A stretch of DNA of 64,000 nt from an uncultured virus (IMG/VR IMGVR_UViG_3300008012_000024). Taxonomy: Duplodnaviria > Heunggongvirae > Uroviricota > Caudoviricetes. The translations under genes and the position numbers were made by a program. The stretch covers positions 1 through 64,000 of IMG/VR virus record IMGVR_UViG_3300008012_000024. One strand, given 5' to 3'. The notes beneath the pieces were generated by a model, which saw nothing but the letters and a program-made list of their open reading frames with translations, was not told the origin of the DNA and did no database searches. Shown here in pieces: positions 55,910 through 64,000 of the stretch; the first letter of the stretch is position 1, and every line of letters begins with the position of its first letter.

Positions 55910-56907
55910 TATTCAAAAATGTAATTTTTAACGACTTGCTTGGGAACTCTCAACAAATATGCAGCATTATCCTGGAATCCAAATGTCATCAAGTAATCAT
56001 CACCGTACTCACACATTCCAACTGCAAATTCAATAGAACCACCTAAGAAAGAAAATCTTTTTGATACTTTAGTAATCTTCCAGTCTTTATCCCATACAAC
56101 AAATCTATGCCTGTATGTTCCATCCTTTCTTCCTGCAGGACTTTGATATAGGAATGTCTCATGATTCAAACAGAAACGTCTTTGATCATCCAATTTTAAA
56201 ACTTGCGATCCACCACGCAAATCAATACATCCCAAATCCTGCCATTCTGAGAGAGCAACTCTTTCAGTTTTATTTGTTTCCATATTATACTTAACTACTT
56301 CCGTTCCATTAGTCCACTTAATAAAATGAAACGGCATGTCTAGGACAGGCATCCAGTTTTTTTCACAATAAGAAGTCTTGTCACCCTGATCGTCACCAGG
56401 AACTGGAATTCTATATTGTTTTAATTCTTTAACACCATTTTCAGTAAACTCAATCTCAGACAACTCCATGCGTCCTTGACCATTATAAGTGGTATCTCTT
56501 CTTACACCACAAATATAAAGTTTACCATCCCACCTCATAATCCGAGCATCTTCCAATCCAACAAATTCCCATAATTCTTTATCAGGAAAATCTGAAGTAT
56601 CAATATGATGATAATATTTAATAGACATATCATCTGTCATTTCACACATAATATTTTTAGTGCGAAGACGTAAATCGTTTTCTGGATGAATATAAACTAA
56701 TGGTCCCCAATGATGTTCATACTTATTCAATTCAGAATGATACAATGTATAATTAATATTTCTAAGATTTACAATGATTTTTCCATTATCATTATAAATT
56801 GATGGGTTAGTTAGTGCTGGTCCTTTAAGATCTTCTGAAGGAATAATCAGTGGGTGTATAGATCCACCATTTTCTAAGGCAATCTTTACAAAATTTTCTT
56901 CACTCAT
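55909..56907 (-). CDS. five-bladed beta-propeller glycosidase/phosphorylase-like protein
   Basis: NPSI, GLEDARI, EKNWMP, LRGGS, IEFAVG, FGFQD. Confidence 0.75.
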   Translation of the reverse strand: MSEENFVKIALENGGSIHPLIIPSEDLKGPALTNPSIYNDNGKIIVNLRNINYTLYHSELNKYEHHWGPLVYIHPENDLRLRTKNIMCEMTDDMSIKYYHHIDTSDFPDKELWEFVGLEDARIMRWDGKLYICGVRRDTTYNGQGRMELSEIEFTENGVKELKQYRIPVPGDDQGDKTSYCEKNWMPVLDMPFHFIKWTNGTEVVKYNMETNKTERVALSEWQDLGCIDLRGGSQVLKLDDQRRFCLNHETFLYQSPAGRKDGTYRHRFVVWDKDWKITKVSKRFSFLGGSIEFAVGMCEYGDDYLMTFGFQDNAAYLLRVPKQVVKNYIFE

Positions 56908-56963
56908 ATTATTAAATCAACTGTTGATATTTATTTTGGAGTTATAAACTCTATTCTAGCACA

Positions 56964-58727
56964 TTAATATGGAATTGGGCACCAATAAACTTTATTTGAA
57001 CTAGATCCTATGAAATATATATTTCTCCCACGAACGTGAATTCCTCTGAGAGTAGTTTCTTGTTGCGTTACCTTAAAAGATTGCATAAATGTTAAACTAA
57101 CTCCAGTTAATCTCCAGGGGACACTAGTCTTATATTGTTGTATTTCATCAGTGCTATGTCCAGCCGTAAATAAGTATCGTCCATCTTCAGACCATGCAAT
57201 ACCATTTGTACTGCCTTCAACATTAGCATTATCATCTAATGCAATGCTTGAACCATCATAATTATAAGTAGTATCACCTTCTATTGTTCTTAGTCCATAC
57301 CACGGAGGATCAACCGTATACTGATATGCAATATTATTATCAATAGCCCACAACTTTGTTCCATCGTAACTATAACGGCAACCAAGTGGAGTATCAGCAC
57401 TCTGATTATTTGTAAACAAAGATGCTGCTATTAATCCATATCTTTCATTACCAACATGTGTAGATTCTTTTCCAGCATATTTCATTCTAAAAATTCTATC
57501 ATAGTCACCAGTTGTATAAAGGTCACCAACCCATAAAATATCATCAGATTGCCATCTAACACACGCTATGGTATAAGCATAGTAAGAATTATTCCCAGCA
57601 CTTTGTCTGTAATGATTCAGATCATACTTAGCATAATTAGAGCCCATACTAGTAATATCATAAGGTGTTGATAATTCACCAATATAAATTCCATCCATTC
57701 CATAACCACACCAGGCAATTACTGTACCATCAGAATTGAAATCAAATCCAGTTGGATTTGAATCAACTGCACTTGTTGTTCCAAGATGAGTTAAAGTACT
57801 ACTAATATCATAAGCAGTACTTAAACTAAATCTATCAAATACATCTCCCGTCATTCCAAGAACTAATAGATTAGATCCACTATTATAAAACTGAAAATCA
57901 TATGGACCTGTCTCCCAAGTCCCAAGATCAACACTATTACCCTCAGTAACAGTTGATGACACATCCCATGCAGTTGAAACTGAGAATTCAAATAAATCAT
58001 TATATCCATCACACAAAATCCAAAACTTTGTGCCGTCAGGTTTCCATCTTATAGATCTAGCAGTTCTATTCAGTGGACTTGTTGACATAGTGTAATAAGT
58101 TACACCCCCTGCTGTACTTATATCGTATGCAGTAGACAAAGTACGTTGAGCTACTCTATCATTCGGGGCAACAAAATAAACTTTAGTTCCATCATTATTA
58201 AATTCAAATGAGTATGTAGAAGCATCTGATACTCCAGTTGCAGTTGCTAAATTATCATATTTTTTATATGGAATGGCACCGTAAGATATTGTTGATAAAT
58301 CCCACGGAGTTGACATATTAAATAAAATTATACCATCTTTATCATGTCCACACAGAATCAAATATTGACCATCAGGTGAAATATCAAACCCATATGAATT
58401 ACCTTCATATTGTACATGAGACCATTCACGAACATATGATGCTGAACTTGGATCGAAAGGTGTTGATAATGAATATTGTCTAATGTAATCTGAACTAGTA
58501 GCCAAGAACATTTTAGTTCCATCGGGGCTAACGTGAACATCATACCAAGCTGTTCGACCAGTAACAACTGGATTGAAATATCTATTCACAGTAACTGCGG
58601 AAAGAGATGAAGATGCTAGATCTGCACTAACCTTTTTCCGAAGATATTCATTTTGACTTACCATACCACTAGGAATTGCGGCTTTCCTTACCGTTCCAGT
58701 CAATAAACTGCTACTATTAATAGACAT
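56964..58727 (-). CDS. beta-propeller virion/fibre-tip protein with LSTxWD repeats
   Basis: Repeated F..DGTK.....QY.LST.WD.ST. Confidence 0.75.
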   Translation of the reverse strand: MSINSSSLLTGTVRKAAIPSGMVSQNEYLRKKVSADLASSSLSAVTVNRYFNPVVTGRTAWYDVHVSPDGTKMFLATSSDYIRQYSLSTPFDPSSASYVREWSHVQYEGNSYGFDISPDGQYLILCGHDKDGIILFNMSTPWDLSTISYGAIPYKKYDNLATATGVSDASTYSFEFNNDGTKVYFVAPNDRVAQRTLSTAYDISTAGGVTYYTMSTSPLNRTARSIRWKPDGTKFWILCDGYNDLFEFSVSTAWDVSSTVTEGNSVDLGTWETGPYDFQFYNSGSNLLVLGMTGDVFDRFSLSTAYDISSTLTHLGTTSAVDSNPTGFDFNSDGTVIAWCGYGMDGIYIGELSTPYDITSMGSNYAKYDLNHYRQSAGNNSYYAYTIACVRWQSDDILWVGDLYTTGDYDRIFRMKYAGKESTHVGNERYGLIAASLFTNNQSADTPLGCRYSYDGTKLWAIDNNIAYQYTVDPPWYGLRTIEGDTTYNYDGSSIALDDNANVEGSTNGIAWSEDGRYLFTAGHSTDEIQQYKTSVPWRLTGVSLTFMQSFKVTQQETTLRGIHVRGRNIYFIGSSSNKVYWCPIPY

Positions 58728-59089
58728 TAGTAGATTTCCTCGTATCCGATAGTTACTTCAAGAATTGAGCTACTACTTGCTTGTACTTTTATAGAATGCC
58801 CCTCTAAAAGATATAAATATGAATCTTTATCTAAAATAATTTGTGTAGATGAAGTAGGAACATATATTCTATATGCAAGATAACGATCATTTGATCCATC
58901 GTTTATAGAAACAGATATCCATGCATCCGTTCCAGTAGAAATATTTGCAGCGTAAATTGAATTTATTTTAAATACTTTATCTGAGGATGCACTATTCGTC
59001 AAAATAGATGATAATGATGTAGTAACAGATCCTGAAACATGCTTACCCAATATAACGAGTCCAGATTTTGTTAAACTTGGATTTGCCAT
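58727..59089 (-). CDS. ~120-aa fibre adaptor-like protein
   Basis: MANP...KVFKINSIYAAN...YLYLLEG.SI...IGYEEI. Confidence 0.7.
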   Translation of the reverse strand: MANPSLTKSGLVILGKHVSGSVTTSLSSILTNSASSDKVFKINSIYAANISTGTDAWISVSINDGSNDRYLAYRIYVPTSSTQIILDKDSYLYLLEGHSIKVQASSSSILEVTIGYEEIY

Positions 59090-59150
59090 TTACTGATTTA
59101 CTCCTATCTTCATTTAAAACTAATAACCCACTACTTACTATGTATAATTA

Positions 59151-60191
59151 TCACAGTCCAAATTCATCTTTATAGTAATTATAATTATTTAGAACTTCGT
59201 TAGCAGACAATGCTTTAGTATATACTAAAAATTTAGATCCCTTCATTTGAGTAGGAAAGGCATCACCACTAGTTTTAGCAACCGTAAAATCAGCTGCAGT
59301 TCCAAATGAATTAGTATTTGTCGAACCAGTCGATATAAGCGATCCATTTATATAAAGTCTAATTGCATTATCACCATCAGCATCCCACGTGAACACTATT
59401 TGACGCCAAGAATTCCAGTGCGAACCAAGATTATAAACAATATCAGTAGTAGTTGTTGTTTCTAATCTAGCTTCCATTTTATATACATTAGAACCAAGAA
59501 GCAATAACATATAAAAACCAAAGTTATTACTTCCAGTATCACGCGCCCCAAAAATATGTCTATAAGCTGAATCAGTATCATCAATATTCACCCACGCTTC
59601 GATTGAGATGGGATTATGACCACTGTTGAAATCTGAAAGAGATACATTTGCATATTCACTACTAGTTCCATCAAATTGGAAATAACCACCAGATCCACTC
59701 GTATGTGTAGGCGATCCATTTAATGTCATATCGTTGCCTTGTCCACTTATATCAGTCCAAGTAGTGCCACTTCCACTGTATGAAGCACTATCAGCAGCAT
59801 CGACATGAAATATTAAACCATCAGTAATAACACCAGGTGCGGTGTAAATATCATCATAAACGACAATAACATGAGTGTTATAACCACTAACTTTTATACT
59901 CTCTCCTTCTTGAAGATAGAAGTATCTAGACCTGTTTAAAATAATTTGCGTACTTTCAGGTGGTACTTGTACGTTTTTTGCAATATAACGATCATTAACA
60001 CCATCACTAATACAAATATCTACTCCACCTAGAGTACTACTACTTGAACATGAAGCGTATATAGTATCTATTTTATATACCTTATTAGAATCAGCGGTAA
60101 CAGACAGGAGAGATGTTAACGTTGTTGTTGTAGATGCCGCAACATAACCTCCATGAATTGACGAAGCACTCGCAATATTTGGATCAGCCAT
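59151..60191 (-). CDS. adaptor domain fused to LamG domain
   Basis: N-terminus similar to 58727..59089; TDGLIFHVDA..SY.GSG..W.D.SG.GN and LamG motifs; TATAAATA at 60217-60224. Confidence 0.8.
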   Translation of the reverse strand: MADPNIASASSIHGGYVAASTTTTLTSLLSVTADSNKVYKIDTIYASCSSSSTLGGVDICISDGVNDRYIAKNVQVPPESTQIILNRSRYFYLQEGESIKVSGYNTHVIVVYDDIYTAPGVITDGLIFHVDAADSASYSGSGTTWTDISGQGNDMTLNGSPTHTSGSGGYFQFDGTSSEYANVSLSDFNSGHNPISIEAWVNIDDTDSAYRHIFGARDTGSNNFGFYMLLLLGSNVYKMEARLETTTTTDIVYNLGSHWNSWRQIVFTWDADGDNAIRLYINGSLISTGSTNTNSFGTAADFTVAKTSGDAFPTQMKGSKFLVYTKALSANEVLNNYNYYKDEFGL

Positions 60192-60226
60192 ATAAAATCT
60201 TTTTCATGCGTTCAAATATTTATATA

Positions 60227-60586
60227 TCATCCAAAAATCATTGATATCATAACACCACCACTGCCACCACTGCCACTACCTCCACCATCAGAAGTACCAG
60301 CAATACCTTGAACACCCTGGGCACCGACAGCAGCATATTCACCAGAAAGACCCTGCAAACCTTGAGTACCTTGGTTTCCTTGAATACCACCAGCACCAGC
60401 AAGACCTTGAACACCTTGAGTGCCTTGAGAACCTTGACCACCAACAGCACCAAAGAGACCCTGAAGTCCTTGAAGTCCTTGAAGACCAATGGTTCCTTGA
60501 GTGCCTTGGTTAGCAAGACCCTGAACACCTTGTGCTCCAGAAAAATTAGTACCAGTTAAAAACTCTGTTAATCTTATATCGGGCAT
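60227..60586 (-). CDS. mini collagen-like fibre protein
   Basis: About 28 G-X-Y triplets, C-terminal GGVMISMIFG. Confidence 0.8.
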   Translation of the reverse strand: MPDIRLTEFLTGTNFSGAQGVQGLANQGTQGTIGLQGLQGLQGLFGAVGGQGSQGTQGVQGLAGAGGIQGNQGTQGLQGLSGEYAAVGAQGVQGIAGTSDGGGSGSGGSGGVMISMIFG

Positions 60587-60608
60587 AATATTGTAGGGTT
60601 AATATGAT

Positions 60609-61229
60609 CTATTTATCTGCACTATCAAAAGCATAATGTACATTATGTCCATCAGACAACACATAATGAAAAAATATTTGATGATAATATTTTTTAAAAA
60701 TATTTTTTGTTATTGAAAAATTTTTCTTGTCAAATTCTTCTCTCCAATGAAGTATTTCACAACCCTTATATAGAATTGCATCTCCAGCAGAAAGATTCAC
60801 AGAAACATCATCACCATTTGGTGTTTTTACAAATATTGGCCAAGGTTTCTTTGAATTAGAAGATACATGTATTGATACTGATATTTCACATGATGATCTA
60901 TCAATATGTTTTTCTAATTTTTGATTTGAAAAATAAAATCTATCAAAATAATAAGTATTATAAAGTTTTTTACCAATTATTTTTTCTATTTTCAATCTAA
61001 TCTGGTTGTGTATATTTCTATATTGTGGGTGATTATAACAGCAAGTAGCTCCATTTACTTGCATATCTTCACCAGCATATGTAAACTCGTTTAATTTTTT
61101 ACCCCAGTAATGTATTTGCCCAGTTTTAGATGGAACATTCCTGTACAACTCTTCAGGATTCCATAAATCCTTAACAACTAAGTATCCTTGTTCATCAAAA
61201 ACACTATTATTTGTTTTACTAATAGTCAT
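60609..61229 (-). CDS. 2OG-Fe(II) oxygenase
   Basis: HIDR..CEIS, GDAILYKG...HWR, QIFFHY. Confidence 0.85.
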   Translation of the reverse strand: MTISKTNNSVFDEQGYLVVKDLWNPEELYRNVPSKTGQIHYWGKKLNEFTYAGEDMQVNGATCCYNHPQYRNIHNQIRLKIEKIIGKKLYNTYYFDRFYFSNQKLEKHIDRSSCEISVSIHVSSNSKKPWPIFVKTPNGDDVSVNLSAGDAILYKGCEILHWREEFDKKNFSITKNIFKKYYHQIFFHYVLSDGHNVHYAFDSADK

Positions 61230-61232
61230 AAT

Positions 61233-61853
61233 TTACTTCCACCTAGGTCCAACAACCCAACCAACTAATGATTTTCTTTGTCCTTTAGTAACTTTCAAAA
61301 CTCTATGCTGAGTTCTAGAATCAAAAATTACTATAGTTCCCCTCTGCCTTGGAGCAAAATAACTTTTTCCATCTTCAGCAAGTAATTGTAAATTTCCACC
61401 CTCATAATCTTCTGGATTTGAAAGTTGAACAACAAACGAAAGTTTTCTAACCAATTCTAGATTTTCATTTACAAAATCTTGTGCTCTACCATCAGAATAA
61501 TTTCCTACAGAAATTGGTTTGTAATGGCATGATATTCCAGCATCATTATGCCAAGTGTAAAATTCACCAACATCATATTGAGTAAATTGCATATTCTCTG
61601 CATCAATATTACGGATATCATAGAGAAAATTTTCCCTATTTGCTCTTTGAATATAATGCCAAACAAATCCTCCAACCCAATGCGTTGTTGGAATCCAAGA
61701 ATTTTTTGATGCTCTCTTATCTTTATTTAAAGAATCACCAGATAAAAGAGAATCATTCATTTGATTCCCAAAATTATTATTCAAATCTTCACATATGACT
61801 TCAACAACCTTTTCTGGCAGATTAGTCATATACCAAATACTCTGATATGCCAT
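61233..61853 (-). CDS. 2OG-Fe(II) oxygenase (PKHD/prolyl-hydroxylase-like)
   Basis: YTWHND, RKLS, YEGG.L, HRV..VT.G.R.SLVGW. Confidence 0.9.
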   Translation of the reverse strand: MAYQSIWYMTNLPEKVVEVICEDLNNNFGNQMNDSLLSGDSLNKDKRASKNSWIPTTHWVGGFVWHYIQRANRENFLYDIRNIDAENMQFTQYDVGEFYTWHNDAGISCHYKPISVGNYSDGRAQDFVNENLELVRKLSFVVQLSNPEDYEGGNLQLLAEDGKSYFAPRQRGTIVIFDSRTQHRVLKVTKGQRKSLVGWVVGPRWK

Positions 61854-61903
61854 TTATTATATTTTCCTGTTCAAATAATTATATCATATAATACTTTCAC
61901 ATA

Positions 61904-62659
61904 TTACTGTGATTGACCAGTAAACATGTCATATTGATATTTTGTTTGGAGATAAGAATATCTGCTAGCAGCACCAGAAACTTCACAATAAAGATAATAT
62001 TCAGTAGCAGATCCATCAGAATTAGCAGTAGCTCCAGTATTGGTGCTACCTGTTCCACCAGCATCATAACACCACATGCTATCAGTATTTTCTTGGTATG
62101 CAACATCAGTCCATGAGTGAGAGGTAGTCCAAGCAGTACTATAAGTTGTAGATCTTTGCCAATATTGAGCACTGTTTTGTCTATACAAGTCTGGATCTAA
62201 ATTATTAATAACTCCATTAGCAGCATGAATTTCTATATGATCCATTTGGAAATCACCAAGAAACCAATTTGAAGCATCACTAGAAGCCTGTTGACGTACA
62301 AGAAATCTTCCCCAACCACTAGATTCGTAAGATGACATGTTAATAGTACCAGTAAGCCATGGCTGACCATCAGCGGAGTGTTGTTCACTTCCCATACCAC
62401 TGGTATAAGTTGTACCATTATTTGATGATACAGGCAATTGAGTAAGAGTACCAGCAGAAATATCGTGCCAATAAAAATTAGTAGTTCCCATGTAATCACC
62501 CCACCTATAATACTTAAATGTAATATATGCGTCTTGTATTTTTACGGATAAATTCTCGGCAGCATGGTATGACAATTCAGACTGACCTGTTACTATTTTA
62601 CTAGAAGTGTCCGTCTTTGCTACAGTTCTTCTACCAGAATTATAACTTTTTATTGGCAT
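61904..62659 (-). CDS. fibre-tip protein with MAM-like domain (start at MPIKSY)
   Basis: F.YY..G..MGT, W....I, GDFQMDHI, TGSTNTG...YYLYCE.S. Confidence 0.6.
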   Translation of the reverse strand: MPIKSYNSGRRTVAKTDTSSKIVTGQSELSYHAAENLSVKIQDAYITFKYYRWGDYMGTTNFYWHDISAGTLTQLPVSSNNGTTYTSGMGSEQHSADGQPWLTGTINMSSYESSGWGRFLVRQQASSDASNWFLGDFQMDHIEIHAANGVINNLDPDLYRQNSAQYWQRSTTYSTAWTTSHSWTDVAYQENTDSMWCYDAGGTGSTNTGATANSDGSATEYYLYCEVSGAASRYSYLQTKYQYDMFTGQSQ

Positions 62660-62660
62660 A

Positions 62661-63011
62661 TTATGAGGACTCCTTATCACCCAAAGGTAAAACAGTTATT
62701 GCATTTGTTGTACTGTCATTTTCAACCCGAATCGTATCACCATTTGTTGTCAATGTGATTGGATATGCGAACTCAATAAATGCCGTATCTGAAGCACTCA
62801 TTGCACCTTTAATTATTTTGTTTGATGTTGCTGGAGATCCACCATTAGCCACCACATAGACGTGAAAAGTTGTGTTAGCACCAGTGTCTAGATTATGTAT
62901 CAGTAATCCTCGGACGTATATTTTTTGAGAATTCTGAACTTGGACAACTGTTCCAGTACTATTTGCTGAAACGGAAACGGGAAATCCTAAACCAGTTTTT
63001 GCTAGGGCCAT
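62661..63011 (-). CDS. ~116-aa fibre adaptor-like protein
   Basis: YVRGLLIHN...V.NGG...YPITL...D.I.V; CTAAATA at 63031-63037. Confidence 0.65.
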   Translation of the reverse strand: MALAKTGLGFPVSVSANSTGTVVQVQNSQKIYVRGLLIHNLDTGANTTFHVYVVANGGSPATSNKIIKGAMSASDTAFIEFAYPITLTTNGDTIRVENDSTTNAITVLPLGDKESS

Positions 63012-63033
63012 TATATTTTCGTTTTAATTTTAT

Positions 63034-63771
63034 TTAGGTAAATAACATAGATTCCAGTAGATCTGCCGATCCACCACCACCAGAACCAGAAATTGTAACT
63101 GAAGCGATACCACTATTTACTGCTGCTGTTACTGAAGAACCATAAAAATTTAAAGTTGTTACTGCAGCACCAACATTAGATCCTTCTTCTTGTATTGTTA
63201 TTCCACCACCAAGACCAGTATATGAATAAACTTGCCATCCATCTGTTGCATCTTCATATACAAATTCTACAATGACACCCTTCAAATCTAAAATAAAATT
63301 ATCAGCGGAACCTTCAATATTACTACCATTACGTGCCACTGTTAAATTATTAGTGTCCCAATCTCCACCGTCACCAATTTTAACAGAATCACCTTCACTT
63401 GGAGATGCTGGTAATGTTATAGTAAAACTACCACCAGAGGTGTCGGCAATAAGTTGATCACCAGCAGAAGCTGTATAAGTTGTAGTCTTTCTAGTCCATG
63501 GATTTGATCCTCCTCCACCACCACCAGAACTATTAATAGTAACTATTCCTGTAGGACCACCAGTTAAAGTAATATTAGTTCCAGCAACAATTGATGTTAC
63601 AATTCCACTCAATGCAGAACCATCACCAGAATAATCAGTTCCTGTTATCGTTCCACGAACATCAAGTAAACTAGTAGGAACAGAACTGTTGATACCAATT
63701 CTATCCGTATCAACAGCTCTTGTTATTAATCCTTCGGAAACTAAATTTGCAGTTTCTCTAGTTCTTCCCAT
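63034..63771 (-). CDS. short tail-fibre-like protein
   Basis: RIGINS..P...LDV.G, YTA..GD...DT..G.FT.TLPASP..GD, C-terminal DLLESMLF. Confidence 0.75.
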   Translation of the reverse strand: MGRTRETANLVSEGLITRAVDTDRIGINSSVPTSLLDVRGTITGTDYSGDGSALSGIVTSIVAGTNITLTGGPTGIVTINSSGGGGGGSNPWTRKTTTYTASAGDQLIADTSGGSFTITLPASPSEGDSVKIGDGGDWDTNNLTVARNGSNIEGSADNFILDLKGVIVEFVYEDATDGWQVYSYTGLGGGITIQEEGSNVGAAVTTLNFYGSSVTAAVNSGIASVTISGSGGGGSADLLESMLFT

Positions 63772-63789
63772 TTAGTTAGTTCCTCCCTA

Positions 63790-63999
63790 TTATGCTTGAG
63801 ATTCTGACCAAGAAATTCTAGATGATATTTGATAAGGTGAATCTTTATTGATACTTGCAGTATCAAGAGATGATGCACAAATTGTAATTACATCTGGACC
63901 GTTTGGAAATACACCATCACCACCAAGAATAGAGTTTCCAAGATCAGTCAATCTACTTAAATCAAATGTTTCAGATGCAACAGATCTAATTTCTTGACC
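63790..63999 (-). CDS. C-terminus of a large virion structural protein (5' end outside window)
   Basis: ...DLGNSILGGDGVFPNGPDVIT...RISWSESQA*. Confidence 0.7.
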   Translation of the reverse strand, partial: GQEIRSVASETFDLSRLTDLGNSILGGDGVFPNGPDVITICASSLDTASINKDSPYQISSRISWSESQA

Positions 64000-64000
64000 T

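Noticed and set aside
45695..56907. Host chromosome fragment or prophage junction
   Set aside because: Same strand, dense packing and phage late-promoter-like motifs continue across it; no integrase or att-like repeat seen
60227..61853. Oxygenases as prolyl hydroxylases for the adjacent collagen
   Set aside because: The collagen tracts have essentially no Pro in the Y position; adjacency alone is not enough

Overview
64 kb of an AT-rich T4-like myophage genome, almost certainly a marine cyanophage, nearly all encoded on the minus strand. Left part (0.6-37 kb): virion module with RCC1-repeat proteins, an S8 protease-RCC1 fusion, two collagen-like (Gly-X-Gln) tail fibres, a split gp5/hub region, tape-measure-like proteins and gp51, gp26, gp54-like, gp4, gp2, gp48, gp53. 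Middle (37-45.7 kb): gp32, gp59, gp33, exonuclease, phoH, thyX, glutaredoxin and small ORFs. Right (45.7-57 kb): a glycan-modification island containing a form IV RuBisCO-like protein, then more fibre/adaptor genes and 2OG-Fe(II) oxygenases. Two stand-out observations: (1) at 43.3-44.05 kb an NtcA box and a near-consensus sigma70 promoter lead into two tandem glutamine-riboswitch-like aptamers whose P2 hairpin loops each contain a complete small paralogous ORF, followed by a DUF4278-like gene; (2) a phage RuBisCO-like protein translationally coupled to a nucleotidyltransferase, cupin, methyltransferase, phosphodiesterase-like gene and glycosyltransferases. All calls come from reading motifs by eye; no searches were run.
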